Origin: a phage
Sequence record: PX915678.1
Direction: 5' to 3' (one strand)
Length of the DNA: 64,000 nucleotides
Positions 31,440 through 40,630 of the stretch are shown here, piece by piece; positions within the stretch are counted from its first letter, which is position 1, and each line of letters opens with the position of its first letter. A program made the position numbers and the translations under genes. A model generated the notes under the pieces. It was not told the DNA's origin and made no database searches. It saw only the letters and a list, made by a program, of their open reading frames with translations.

Positions 31440-31622
31440 TTATCCTCGGCAATCCACTTCGCATACTTTCTTGTCATCAATGAAAGCTTTAACTAATGCT
31501 TTATTAACTTCAGCATATTGGGTAGTAGCCCATTGAACGTCATCTTTCATCATTGTGATTTCTTTAGTAAACATGCTTTCATTCTTAAACCACCCCATAA
31601 AAACTACCTTTACCAATTCCAT
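31440..31622 (-). CDS. dmd: Dmd antitoxin-mimic (inhibitor of host RnlA/LsoA toxins)
   Basis: 60 aa; MELVKVVFMGWFKNESMFTKEI... matches T4 Dmd as recalled; GAGGAG SD. Confidence 0.8.
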   Translation of the reverse strand: MELVKVVFMGWFKNESMFTKEITMMKDDVQWATTQYAEVNKALVKAFIDDKKVCEVDCRG

Positions 31623-31651
31623 AACAATCTCCTCATTTAACCAACAAGACT

Positions 31652-31681
31652 ACTATACCATAGTCTTGTCGGCTTGTAAAC
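31652..31681 (-). promoter_or_regulatory. Early promoter for dmd with -10 inside an 8-bp hairpin
   Basis: GTTTAC (31676..31681), 18 nt, TATAGT (31652..31657); inverted repeat CAAGACTA...TAGTCTTG at 31645..31668. Confidence 0.5.
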
Positions 31682-33108
31682 TAAAATTTTAATTCATTTG
31701 CCAAAGCATCTAACTGAGCTCGAGCGGATTCGTTTCTTTGATAGCGATTCTGTTCAGCCTGAATCTGCTGTGAACCTGCTACTTCGTTCACTTCGGTTGG
31801 AGTAGAATCTTGCTCAATTTCTACCCATTTTTGATTTCCTTTTTGAACACCCATTAAAAACTTATTCCATTTATTCTTATCACCATATCGTGATTTGATT
31901 TGCTTAATGAGTTGTTGTTCAGCAGCTGCTAACTCCTCGGTTTCAATGACCGCAAGCATAAAATCGGCTGTTGCTGGAAGACCGGCAGATTCCGCAATAT
32001 CGCTCATGTTAACATCAGAAGAATCCCAAGCTTGTTTACCAACCTGTGCTGCAGTCCAAAGAACAGTTTCAGTTTCAACAGCCAGAGCACGCAATTCCTC
32101 TGCGATAGCTTTAACAGTTGTGTAACTATTTTCTGAATAAACTCTGATGCGGCAAGATTTACAAATACCTAGATAGTCAACAATAATGATTGTTGGAACA
32201 AAATTCTTCTTGAGCTTCAATTCGTTTAAAAGCGATCGAAATGTGTTAGCGTCTGCTCCACCAGTAGGATATTGCTTAACGATTAAACGGCCGAGAGTAG
32301 ATTTCTCACGCCATTTTTCCATTTTTCCTTTATACTCAGCGTAAGAAATATGCCCGTCATCAATGTCATCAAGAGAAACATCAAGCATATTAGCGTCAAT
32401 ACGCTTAGCACAGACTTCTTCTGCCATTTCCATTGAAATGTAAAGAACATTATGACCGAGCTGTAAATAATCTGCTGCCAATGAACACAATCCTAATGAC
32501 TTACCAACGTTAACACCAGCCATTAAAACGTTCAGTGTTCCAGTTTCAGCTCCGCCTTTAGTAATTTTATTTAGAATTTTGAGTTTAAATGGAACCTTAC
32601 GAGCTTTATTCATATAAGATAGCCAACGTGCTTCGTAGTCATCCATCCAATCATGACCAACGTAACTATCAAATGAAATTGATAATGCTTGACGCATGAT
32701 GTCAGGAATAGCACCAACATCCGGCATTTTCTTATTTCGTTTTTCCGGAGGAAGCTCAGCATTGGTTTGAATTTCAATTATTTTAGACGTAGCATTAAAC
32801 ATCGCTCTTTGCTGAACATATTTTTCTGTTTCTTTTACTAACCAGCTGTGGTCTTCTGGAGAATCGGCTAGTTTCGAAATAAGTGTTTTTACACCAGAAT
32901 ATTCTGTTTCAGTAAATGAACTATTTTCTAATGCAACATTTAACGCATTAATAGATGGAACGCTATGGTACTCATTAACATGAGATTTAATTAATTTGAA
33001 TGTATTTTTAGCTGGACCACTTTCAAAATATTCTGAATCCATATATGGCCAAACTTTTGAAAAATAAGCTTGATCAAATATGAGATGAGAAAGAATAATT
33101 TCTACCAC
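31681..33108 (-). CDS. 41: Replicative DNA helicase gp41 (DnaB-like)
   Basis: 475 aa as in T4 gp41; Walker A GAGVNVGKS region. Confidence 0.9.
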   Translation of the reverse strand: MVEIILSHLIFDQAYFSKVWPYMDSEYFESGPAKNTFKLIKSHVNEYHSVPSINALNVALENSSFTETEYSGVKTLISKLADSPEDHSWLVKETEKYVQQRAMFNATSKIIEIQTNAELPPEKRNKKMPDVGAIPDIMRQALSISFDSYVGHDWMDDYEARWLSYMNKARKVPFKLKILNKITKGGAETGTLNVLMAGVNVGKSLGLCSLAADYLQLGHNVLYISMEMAEEVCAKRIDANMLDVSLDDIDDGHISYAEYKGKMEKWREKSTLGRLIVKQYPTGGADANTFRSLLNELKLKKNFVPTIIIVDYLGICKSCRIRVYSENSYTTVKAIAEELRALAVETETVLWTAAQVGKQAWDSSDVNMSDIAESAGLPATADFMLAVIETEELAAAEQQLIKQIKSRYGDKNKWNKFLMGVQKGNQKWVEIEQDSTPTEVNEVAGSQQIQAEQNRYQRNESARAQLDALANELKF

Positions 33109-33117
33109 ACTTACTCC

Positions 33118-33456
33118 TTAAAAGAATTTAAATTTTTTCTTTGACCTTTTATTAAATGCATCTTGCAGTTGCATTGTAATACATTTTTCTACATGAGGAG
33201 CTAACTCAGCTTTTCTTTCTTGGTCAAGAACAGCAAAGTCCATTACGACTTTTCCATCAACCCAATCTAATTTTGTCACATACACAATGTGTGTAGAACC
33301 GTCTTCTAGTTTAATGACAATCTCCTGGATAACATTTTCCATGGCAGATTTAATTATCTTAAGAGATTCATTAAAAAGACGTTCTTTTCTTTCTTCTTCC
33401 CCCTCCGAAGAGGGGGATTCATCGATAATTTCTAAATCTAAATCATCTTTATTCAT
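33118..33456 (-). CDS. Acidic protein (112 aa), possibly gp40 (head-vertex assembly factor) by position
   Basis: ATG at 33454..33456 with GGAAG SD (track start 33474 is GTG); 8-nt overlap with uvsX end. Confidence 0.5.
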   Translation of the reverse strand: MNKDDLDLEIIDESPSSEGEEERKERLFNESLKIIKSAMENVIQEIVIKLEDGSTHIVYVTKLDWVDGKVVMDFAVLDQERKAELAPHVEKCITMQLQDAFNKRSKKKFKFF

Positions 33457-34630
33457 TAAATTCTTCCATATCACTTAACTGATCTAGGTCAGTTTCTAAA
33501 TCAGCAGCTGATTTACTTTTACTTTCTGGAGATTTAAATTTTTCAACCTTTGAGTTAATCAATTCATCAACTTCAGCTTCAACAATTTCATTACTATCAA
33601 TAGCACCTAACTGATAAGCGCGTTTAATAGCATCTCGGAATGGTTGATGCTTAAATAAAGGACCCCAGAATGTAGTGCAATTGGTATCTTTTGCACGCCA
33701 AGATTTTTCTTCGCGAATCATCTCGCCGGTTTCTTCATCAAGAAATTCACGAGCATACCAGCCATTTTTAGGTTTTACCACAAATCCTAATTCAAGAGCC
33801 ATATCTAACAATCCAGAATAAGGATCGATGCCACCGTCAAATTTAACATCAATAAAGAATTTACTTTTTTCTTTAACTGTACGAGATTTTTCTACATTTA
33901 GAACAAATTGATACCCCTGAAGATCGGAACCATCTTTAATCTGGCGCTTACCGATAATGAATACAGTATCAGCCGAATACATTACGCCTGTACCACCTGT
34001 CATCACGGTTTTACTAAACATTTCAATTGTTTCAATTGTATGGTTAACCGCAACACATGGAATGTTTTTAATACTAAAATAAGGAGTAACAATACGGAAT
34101 AATGACTTCAGTGATTTAGCACGAGTCATATCTGCCACAGATTTTTCATTTAAGGCATCTTCCGTTTCTTTCTTAGAAGCCATATTACCAATTGAGTCGA
34201 TGAATACAATAACTTTTTCACCGCGCTCAATAGCTTCAAGCTGATTCACCATATCAATTTTCAGCTGTTCAACTGACTGAATTGGTGTATGAATTACTCG
34301 TTCCGGGTCAACTCCCATGGATCGCAAATAAGCTGGAGTAATACCAAATTCGCTATCATAGAATAGACATACCGCGTCAGGATATTTGTTCAAATACGCC
34401 GCAACCATAGTCAAAGACATATTTGATTTAAAGTGTTTAGAAGGACCTGCAAAAATGGTTAAACCAGACTGCATACCACCATCAATCGCACCAGAAATAG
34501 CGATATTAAGCATTGGGATTTTTGTACGGATTACATCCTTTTCATTAAAGAATTTAGATGTAGTCAGTTCAGCAGTCATTTTAGAAGTGGAAGCTTTAAT
34601 CAAACGGGATTTTAAATCTGCAATAGACAT
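33449..34630 (-). CDS. uvsX: UvsX recombinase (RecA/Rad51 family)
   Basis: 393 aa; RecA-like Walker A GPSKHFKS; N-terminus resembles T4 UvsX. Confidence 0.9.
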   Translation of the reverse strand: MSIADLKSRLIKASTSKMTAELTTSKFFNEKDVIRTKIPMLNIAISGAIDGGMQSGLTIFAGPSKHFKSNMSLTMVAAYLNKYPDAVCLFYDSEFGITPAYLRSMGVDPERVIHTPIQSVEQLKIDMVNQLEAIERGEKVIVFIDSIGNMASKKETEDALNEKSVADMTRAKSLKSLFRIVTPYFSIKNIPCVAVNHTIETIEMFSKTVMTGGTGVMYSADTVFIIGKRQIKDGSDLQGYQFVLNVEKSRTVKEKSKFFIDVKFDGGIDPYSGLLDMALELGFVVKPKNGWYAREFLDEETGEMIREEKSWRAKDTNCTTFWGPLFKHQPFRDAIKRAYQLGAIDSNEIVEAEVDELINSKVEKFKSPESKSKSAADLETDLDQLSDMEEFNE

Positions 34631-34707
34631 TCATTTTTTCCATAGGCATCATTATATTTTCCTCACTGGTTAAAGATAGAGTAATTATAACACAATAAAT
34701 TTAGGCA

Positions 34708-35550
34708 TTAATCAACTGCTATTGGATGAATAGCATTAAACTTATGAAACGCTTCTGATTTTTCTTTGCGCGAAACACACATGCGAAGAACCTTTAATGG
34801 CTCGTCTTCTTCACCCAACGATTTTCTCTTTTCAATATTCGATGTTTTCCAGCGAGCTTGCTCTGGAAACTCTCTATTGATTTGCTCAAGAGCTCTATTA
34901 TGTTTTGAATTACTACGAATTGAACTACATCCGCCAGGAGCTTGCGCTTTTCCGGATACAACCAGATATTTGAACAAGGCCAAATGCGGATAACCTTGAT
35001 TAATTAAATTGAGAAATGCATACATATCTTCGCATAAATCAATTTTTCCATACCCAATTTGTTCTGTTGTAAGTTTCCCGAGGTCATACCAAGTATTCGT
35101 GAATCCATATGAATTTTCACGATAATTACCCCAAGATGAAGTAATTTTAAAAATAGGCAGACGAGCATGACCATGATAATACCCGCAATCCATGGCATCT
35201 TCAACGTATTGAATCAATTCATAGAACTGTTCACGAGTTAACTGATTAATTTTATCTACGCAGCGACGATCATCTTTCTTTCGCATTGAACTCATACGAA
35301 TAGTAGTATCATCATCAATCATCCAAATTCGTTGACCTGCATACATATCAGTAATTGCTTTACGAGTACCAGCAATTCCATTAACATCATCAGGAATAGT
35401 TATAATTTTAGCTCTAGACCCGTAAGCGTCATAATAAGCTTTTTCTTCGTGTTCACGTACTACAATATGAGGTTCATAATCAGTCGGAAACATATCAAGG
35501 GCAGAAACTGCCCCTACGCGTTGATAGCTTGGAATTACGAATTGAATCAT
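34708..35550 (-). CDS. Glycosyltransferase (GT-A-like, DxD) in the T4 beta-gt position; probably the T2/T6-type HMC-glucose glucosyltransferase
   Basis: 280 aa from ATG at 35548..35550, overlapping gp42 stop as ATGA (track start is GTG); DxD motif WMIDDDTT; much shorter than T4 beta-gt (351 aa). Confidence 0.55.
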   Translation of the reverse strand: MIQFVIPSYQRVGAVSALDMFPTDYEPHIVVREHEEKAYYDAYGSRAKIITIPDDVNGIAGTRKAITDMYAGQRIWMIDDDTTIRMSSMRKKDDRRCVDKINQLTREQFYELIQYVEDAMDCGYYHGHARLPIFKITSSWGNYRENSYGFTNTWYDLGKLTTEQIGYGKIDLCEDMYAFLNLINQGYPHLALFKYLVVSGKAQAPGGCSSIRSNSKHNRALEQINREFPEQARWKTSNIEKRKSLGEEDEPLKVLRMCVSRKEKSEAFHKFNAIHPIAVD

Positions 35551-36287
35551 TTCCACTCACCATTATAATCTTTTTTCGCAATATGAGTTTCGCCAGTTTT
35601 CCACCAATGGTCAACCAAATAAAAATGACGGGAATACACATGAAGGCTTCCGACATTCCATATAATGGAACCTGCTTTATACTGACGAGTTGAATCACCT
35701 GCATTCAAATCAGATACTAATTTATCTAGTACGTATTTTTGCCATGCATAATCATTACGGAATCCGAAGACCACGTCATTTGAACGCATGCTTACTACTG
35801 CATTGACTTTCTTATCACGAATCAGGTACTGTACTGTATTCGTACACATGAAATCTGACATACCATCTTTATTGTAGTCAAACTGCATGGATGGACGAGT
35901 ATAAATCATGATACCACGTCGAGAATCAGGATTTTGACCAAGTTCAGCTAAACACATATCATACTGGGCATAGTTATCTTCTGACCAGATGGCCCAACCA
36001 TAATTCGAGTTAATTTCGCCTTTAGAAGATGCTACCTGTTGCCAAATCTTCGGTGTTTCACCCGGAATATCTTTAACAAACAAACTTTTAGATTTATACC
36101 ATTCAAGTTCACGCTGAATGTATTCATCATTAAGAGCGCCAAAAATAAACGGTTCATCTGCTACAAATGATGCGCCAATAATTTCAATAGTTTTAACGCC
36201 AGTTTTATCAATTACGAAATCTTTTTCCTTTAACGCAATTCCCAAATGAAGACGAGTTTCTTCAACTGTCAAAGAGTCATTAATCAT
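35547..36287 (-). CDS. 42: dCMP hydroxymethylase gp42
   Basis: 246 aa as in T4 gp42; thymidylate-synthase-like fold motifs. Confidence 0.9.
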   Translation of the reverse strand: MINDSLTVEETRLHLGIALKEKDFVIDKTGVKTIEIIGASFVADEPFIFGALNDEYIQRELEWYKSKSLFVKDIPGETPKIWQQVASSKGEINSNYGWAIWSEDNYAQYDMCLAELGQNPDSRRGIMIYTRPSMQFDYNKDGMSDFMCTNTVQYLIRDKKVNAVVSMRSNDVVFGFRNDYAWQKYVLDKLVSDLNAGDSTRQYKAGSIIWNVGSLHVYSRHFYLVDHWWKTGETHIAKKDYNGEWK

Positions 36288-36294
36288 TTAAACC

Positions 36295-36444
36295 TCAATT
36301 GATACATTCATATTTAACTTGTAACAGTAATAAACCCCAACTTATAATAAGTGTCGGAATCATACAAGGAACCGTTACGCTATAGTATATACTTATTATA
36401 ATCATCAAGATTAAAAGCAATACTGTTAAAATTTTGCTTTTCAT
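36295..36444 (-). CDS. Small membrane protein (49 aa) between imm and 42
   Basis: ATG overlaps imm stop (ATGA at 36441..36444); GAAGGA SD; not in ORF track. Confidence 0.4.
   Translation of the reverse strand: MKSKILTVLLLILMIIISIYYSVTVPCMIPTLIISWGLLLLQVKYECIN
36395..36420 (-). promoter_or_regulatory. Candidate MotA-dependent middle promoter for gene 42
   Basis: Minus strand TTGCTTTTA, 12 nt, TATAAT; MotA-box-like with one extra T. Confidence 0.3.
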
Positions 36445-36692
36445 TCCTTCTCTCTGATGATAATTACTTGATTTGGTTGTGCGGATTTTTTAGTTTCACC
36501 CGCAATTGACCAAATAAATGTAATAAACCAACCAATAATTGACCAGTTAAACAGTAAAGATGTAAAAAAGATTCCTACTGTCGATTTTGACCCGCGCATC
36601 AAGGCGATGAACCATGGAAGCATGTATATAATAATAGCCAACACGCCTGATACTAAAACCATAAAAATTGAACCTGCTACTAAAGTTTCCAT
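36441..36692 (-). CDS. imm: Immunity protein Imm (superinfection exclusion, inner membrane)
   Basis: 83 aa as in T4 Imm; two TM helices. Confidence 0.8.
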   Translation of the reverse strand: METLVAGSIFMVLVSGVLAIIIYMLPWFIALMRGSKSTVGIFFTSLLFNWSIIGWFITFIWSIAGETKKSAQPNQVIIIREKE

Positions 36693-36699
36693 GCTTTCC

Positions 36700-37080
36700 T
36701 CACTTAGTCAAATTTTTTACACATGAATTATAAGAATTCACTACATACTCCATCGGAGCATTTTTACCTGTGCGCCATTGGTAATTATTAGCCCAATTAG
36801 CCCAAAGTTCGGCGCAGTAGTTTTCAATTTTTTCTTCGCGTGTAATTACATCTGAATTACGATATGCTTGAGCAGATTCATCTGGACGAATAGCTTCGTC
36901 AAAATTCGCCTGCATTTGTTCTACTGTCTGTTTTGGAGCCTCTTTATAACACTTAACATTAGGATTATAAAATTTGCTTGAACAATTTACAGTTTTTCCT
37001 GCATCAGACTGATTTACTACCGGTCCTTGAGCTACACAACCAGTAAGACCCAATGCAATAACCAAAATAGCGATTTTCAT
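36700..37080 (-). CDS. Putative lipoprotein (126 aa)
   Basis: ATG at 37078..37080 with GGAG SD; signal peptide MKIAILVIALGLTGC with lipobox. Confidence 0.55.
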   Translation of the reverse strand: MKIAILVIALGLTGCVAQGPVVNQSDAGKTVNCSSKFYNPNVKCYKEAPKQTVEQMQANFDEAIRPDESAQAYRNSDVITREEKIENYCAELWANWANNYQWRTGKNAPMEYVVNSYNSCVKNLTK

Positions 37081-37114
37081 TTCATTCTCCAAATTTGTAT
37101 TGGTTGATAGTTAT

Positions 37115-37144
37115 ATAGTACCAAAGAGGAACAGTCTTGTAAAC
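37115..37144 (-). promoter_or_regulatory. Early promoter upstream of the lipoprotein-imm unit
   Basis: GTTTAC (37139..37144), 18 nt, TACTAT (37115..37120). Confidence 0.5.
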
Positions 37145-37233
37145 AGTTTTGTGAAAAATTTTTTAATGAATTCCAAAGGTCCAGAATCATCTATTTTTTC
37201 CTAAGTATAGATTTATATTACTTGTATGAAAAA

Positions 37234-37249
37234 GGGACCCGGAGGTCCC
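37234..37249 (-). terminator. Intrinsic terminator after gene 43
   Basis: GGGACC-CGGA-GGTCCC followed on minus strand by a U-run. Confidence 0.5.
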
Positions 37250-37262
37250 CAGATTTATTCTA

Positions 37263-39959
37263 TCAGCCAAACAGGAAGTCTAACGAAGCTTTTTCCTCAT
37301 AGTCCATACCTGCCGATTCACACATACCAGCAAGAGGTTTAACAAACGATTTTTGGAACAAAGTTGAGTAGTCAATCCAAGACAGTACGTCAGAACGAAT
37401 TTCTTTTGGAAGTTCTGTACCCGACGGCCAAGCAATGCACTTGTCACCAAACGGATTTCCTTCGCGTAATGGAAGAACCATTACCTTATTTCCATCCAAA
37501 ATTGGAGCTACACCTAAACCGCTAACAGCTCGACGATAAGTTAGCACACCGCGAATATGGAACGGGCATTTAAATCCTGGCCAGCCTTTATCATCATATT
37601 TCGCTATATCGTTCGCAGTTTTTACTTCAGCAATAACTTTATAGTCAAGTTGACGATATTCTTTCTCAAAGTTCTTGTAGTATTCTTGGACAGACTCTTC
37701 ACCTTCCTGAAGAATACGACGAATACTTTCTTCGAGAGCTTCTTGTACTGCTTTTGGTGTTGAACTCTGTTGAGTTTCCATACCCATGATTTTTAAATGC
37801 GGTTCGGCAAATCGCTTATCTTCCATATCATAAACGTTCAGAGCATAACGTTTTTTCGCTTTCCAAAATCCACCAACACCCTTTGAACCAAGTGGAGGGC
37901 AAGAAATAGCTTCACGGTCCATATGCATCAGATGCTCGCGGTTATTCATATAATCACATAACTCACGATATGCAACATCAATCATAGGTTCCATCTTTTT
38001 CTTACCAAACTGATTCATGAATTCAACTAAATCATTTTGTTCTTTAAAGCGATCAAGACCTACTTTTTCAATAACTTTATCTACACAAACATATACCGAA
38101 TCAGTATCACCTGCTGCGATGAAATCTTCACCATTAGTTCCACATACTTTATTTAGATACTCATTAATTTTACGAGCAATCCATTGAATACCGACTTGAC
38201 CGAAAATTGTGATAGCAGTAGCATTTCGCAAATCATAGTAGCGAAAATGAATATTACCAAGAGCACCATAAAGACTGTTAATAAGAATTTTACGGTTCAG
38301 CTGATTTGTGTTAGCAAGCGTAGCTGCTTTTTCACATTCTTCGATCAGACTATTAAGAACAGATTCAGTGTAATTCGATAATTCGTTTAAGAAATCATCA
38401 TTGAACTTAACATATCGTTCAACTTCCGGTTTAGTTGAACAGGACCCTGCACCTTTCATAATAATCTTTTTAATAGCTTCGGCATTCATTTCTTCCGCGA
38501 ACATTTTCTTTTTCCAATCTTTACGCTGGAAAAATACTTTAGCGATTTCCTTTGGAATGATACCTTCTTGGTGCTTATCATACATCCATCCATTCGGAGA
38601 GCAAGAATATTCATCACTTGGCTTAGGAGCTGTTCCTGCGATATATTCATGAATTGGATGAACTTTAAACTGCCCGCGAATAGTCTCAGGACTAATGTTA
38701 ACCTGACGAATAATGCTAGGATACAGAGACGTCAAGTCAAAACTCATAATGTATCGACGAGCAATCGGTTTAGGTTCAAACACAAATGCACCTGGAAAAC
38801 TCTGTTTAACGTGCAAACCTTGTTGAGGAATAACCTTATGTTCACCTTTCAGTGAGTTAAAAATAATAGCATCCCAAGTTTTAATAGGACTCATTACACC
38901 AGAAAAAGGCATTTTAGCGTAATAAGACATACTTAAAACTAGATCGATAAACCCACGAATTTTATCAATTGCTTGAACTGATTCTACGTCAATGATGTTA
39001 TAACTAATGTATCGTTGATGATTAGTCTCACGAAGTTTATTAATAGGACCATCGTACGGCAATTTACCTTTTTTGGTTTCATGCTGAGCAACTGATTCCA
39101 AAGAGAACGATGGCAAATTAGTAAATGCGAATTTCTTGTACAAATCTAAATAATCAAGAATAGATACGCCATCAATAGAATAAATTTCTTTGCTACCGTA
39201 CATATTTTGAATTAGTTTAGATTTTACTCGACCGATTGGAGAGAAGCGTTTCATACTGCGTTCGCCGAGAACCATTTTAACGCGATTCATGATATACGGA
39301 ACGTCAAATCCCTCAATATTCCAACCGGTAAAAATAGCAGGTCGTTTCTGTTCCCAGAGATTAATATATTCCATGAGCATATCACGCTCATTATCAAATG
39401 GCATATAAATTACTCGGTCAAGAATTTCTTGAGGAACTTCATCACCACCTTCACAGTCAAGCTTAGCAGCTAACTTTGCATCCCATTTTGATACTGAACC
39501 GTACATTGAATTCAACAAATCAAAGACGTAAAAACGATCGTCAATTGAATCATAATGAGTGATAGCATCAATTTCATATTCTGCTTTCATTGGGTCAGGA
39601 AATTTATCACCAGTAACCTCAATGTCACAGTTAGCTACACGAACAAATTTTCGGTCATAAACAATTTCTGAACCATATGTATCACTGATATAAGCGAGTT
39701 TAAAATCGTTCATACCGAGAGCTTCGAGACCGATGTCTTCCATTCGTTTCATCCAATCTCGTGCATCTTTCATTGATGGAAATTTTTGAGGAGCGCAATT
39801 TTTACCATAAATGTCTTTGTATTTTGACTCTTCCTTACAATGCCTAAACATAGTCGGAAGATATTCTACTTCACGAGTACGTTCCTTTCCATTTTCATCA
39901 ATATAACGCTCAACAATGTTATTTCCGACTGTTTCGATAGAGATATAAAATTCTTTCAT
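37263..39959 (-). CDS. 43: DNA polymerase gp43 (family B, with 3'-5' exonuclease)
   Basis: 898 aa as in T4 gp43; exo and pol motifs (SFDIE, YGDTDS). Confidence 0.9.
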   Translation of the reverse strand: MKEFYISIETVGNNIVERYIDENGKERTREVEYLPTMFRHCKEESKYKDIYGKNCAPQKFPSMKDARDWMKRMEDIGLEALGMNDFKLAYISDTYGSEIVYDRKFVRVANCDIEVTGDKFPDPMKAEYEIDAITHYDSIDDRFYVFDLLNSMYGSVSKWDAKLAAKLDCEGGDEVPQEILDRVIYMPFDNERDMLMEYINLWEQKRPAIFTGWNIEGFDVPYIMNRVKMVLGERSMKRFSPIGRVKSKLIQNMYGSKEIYSIDGVSILDYLDLYKKFAFTNLPSFSLESVAQHETKKGKLPYDGPINKLRETNHQRYISYNIIDVESVQAIDKIRGFIDLVLSMSYYAKMPFSGVMSPIKTWDAIIFNSLKGEHKVIPQQGLHVKQSFPGAFVFEPKPIARRYIMSFDLTSLYPSIIRQVNISPETIRGQFKVHPIHEYIAGTAPKPSDEYSCSPNGWMYDKHQEGIIPKEIAKVFFQRKDWKKKMFAEEMNAEAIKKIIMKGAGSCSTKPEVERYVKFNDDFLNELSNYTESVLNSLIEECEKAATLANTNQLNRKILINSLYGALGNIHFRYYDLRNATAITIFGQVGIQWIARKINEYLNKVCGTNGEDFIAAGDTDSVYVCVDKVIEKVGLDRFKEQNDLVEFMNQFGKKKMEPMIDVAYRELCDYMNNREHLMHMDREAISCPPLGSKGVGGFWKAKKRYALNVYDMEDKRFAEPHLKIMGMETQQSSTPKAVQEALEESIRRILQEGEESVQEYYKNFEKEYRQLDYKVIAEVKTANDIAKYDDKGWPGFKCPFHIRGVLTYRRAVSGLGVAPILDGNKVMVLPLREGNPFGDKCIAWPSGTELPKEIRSDVLSWIDYSTLFQKSFVKPLAGMCESAGMDYEEKASLDFLFG

Positions 39960-39995
39960 AGATATTCCTTAGTTTATAGCCCGAGTTATTAGGCT
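39960..39995 (-). promoter_or_regulatory. Gene 43 translational operator (autogenous repression by gp43)
   Basis: Minus-strand RNA AGCCUAAUAACUCGGGCU forms a 5-bp stem with 8-nt loop, followed by AUAAACUAAGGAAUAUCU-AUG. Confidence 0.5.
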
Positions 39996-40017
39996 CTTGA
40001 TATATTATACTCCAAAT

Positions 40018-40035
40018 AAGGGGCCGAAGCCCCTT
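40018..40035 (-). other. UUCG-tetraloop hairpin upstream of the gene 43 leader, next to a TATAAT box
   Basis: AAGGGGC-CGAA-GCCCCTT; forward tattatactcc at 40003..40013. Confidence 0.4.
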
Positions 40036-40037
40036 GC

Positions 40038-40271
40038 TTAAATTAATACCAGTTGTCGGTGAAAAATTGTTAATCCATCTGCATTAATTGACTTAACCAC
40101 TGCGGTAAAGTGTTTTTGTTCTGGGTGAACTAATTTTTGAAATTCTACCTGAAATTTTAGTTGGAGGTTTTCTGGTAAATCAAAAAGTGTTTCTGTTGCA
40201 GAAAGATTATATTTTTCTTTAAGAGACGCCATGTATTCTTGCGGAGTTATAGCAGTCATATTAATTACCAA
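40038..40271 (-). CDS. Hypothetical protein (77 aa) between regA and 43
   Basis: Track ORF. Confidence 0.5.
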   Translation of the reverse strand: MVINMTAITPQEYMASLKEKYNLSATETLFDLPENLQLKFQVEFQKLVHPEQKHFTAVVKSINADGLTIFHRQLVLI

Positions 40272-40629
40272 TCGTATATTTAGGAACGAGTTTCCATTCG
40301 TGTTTTTGTTTAAAAGAAATAACTCGGAAGTTATTGGTCAAATCTTTCATAAAAGTTCTTTGACCAGGAACGATTTCAATCAATCCCCAATCTTCTAACA
40401 GCCACGCAATCGAATCACGACGAACTTCATCTTCTTCTGTCATTTCAACCTGACGGCCATCCATACGAAGCATTTCTTTAAAATGAACGATATAGTATAG
40501 TCCTTTTTTCTGAAGAATGTGGCAGGACTGATATAGAACTTTATCTTTATTATTAGCAATTCCCATACGAGTCAAAGTTTCTTTTACTTTCAGAAAATCT
40601 TCAGGTTTTTTAAGAGTAATTTCAATCAT
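40261..40629 (-). CDS. regA: Translational repressor RegA
   Basis: 122 aa as in T4 RegA; gene order 62-regA-43. Confidence 0.85.
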   Translation of the reverse strand: MIEITLKKPEDFLKVKETLTRMGIANNKDKVLYQSCHILQKKGLYYIVHFKEMLRMDGRQVEMTEEDEVRRDSIAWLLEDWGLIEIVPGQRTFMKDLTNNFRVISFKQKHEWKLVPKYTIGN

Positions 40630-40630
40630 T

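Noticed and set aside
40033-40040. MotA box TTGCTTA as a middle promoter
   Set aside because: The motif is on the plus strand and would drive transcription antisense to the minus-strand genes; no suitable -10 follows.
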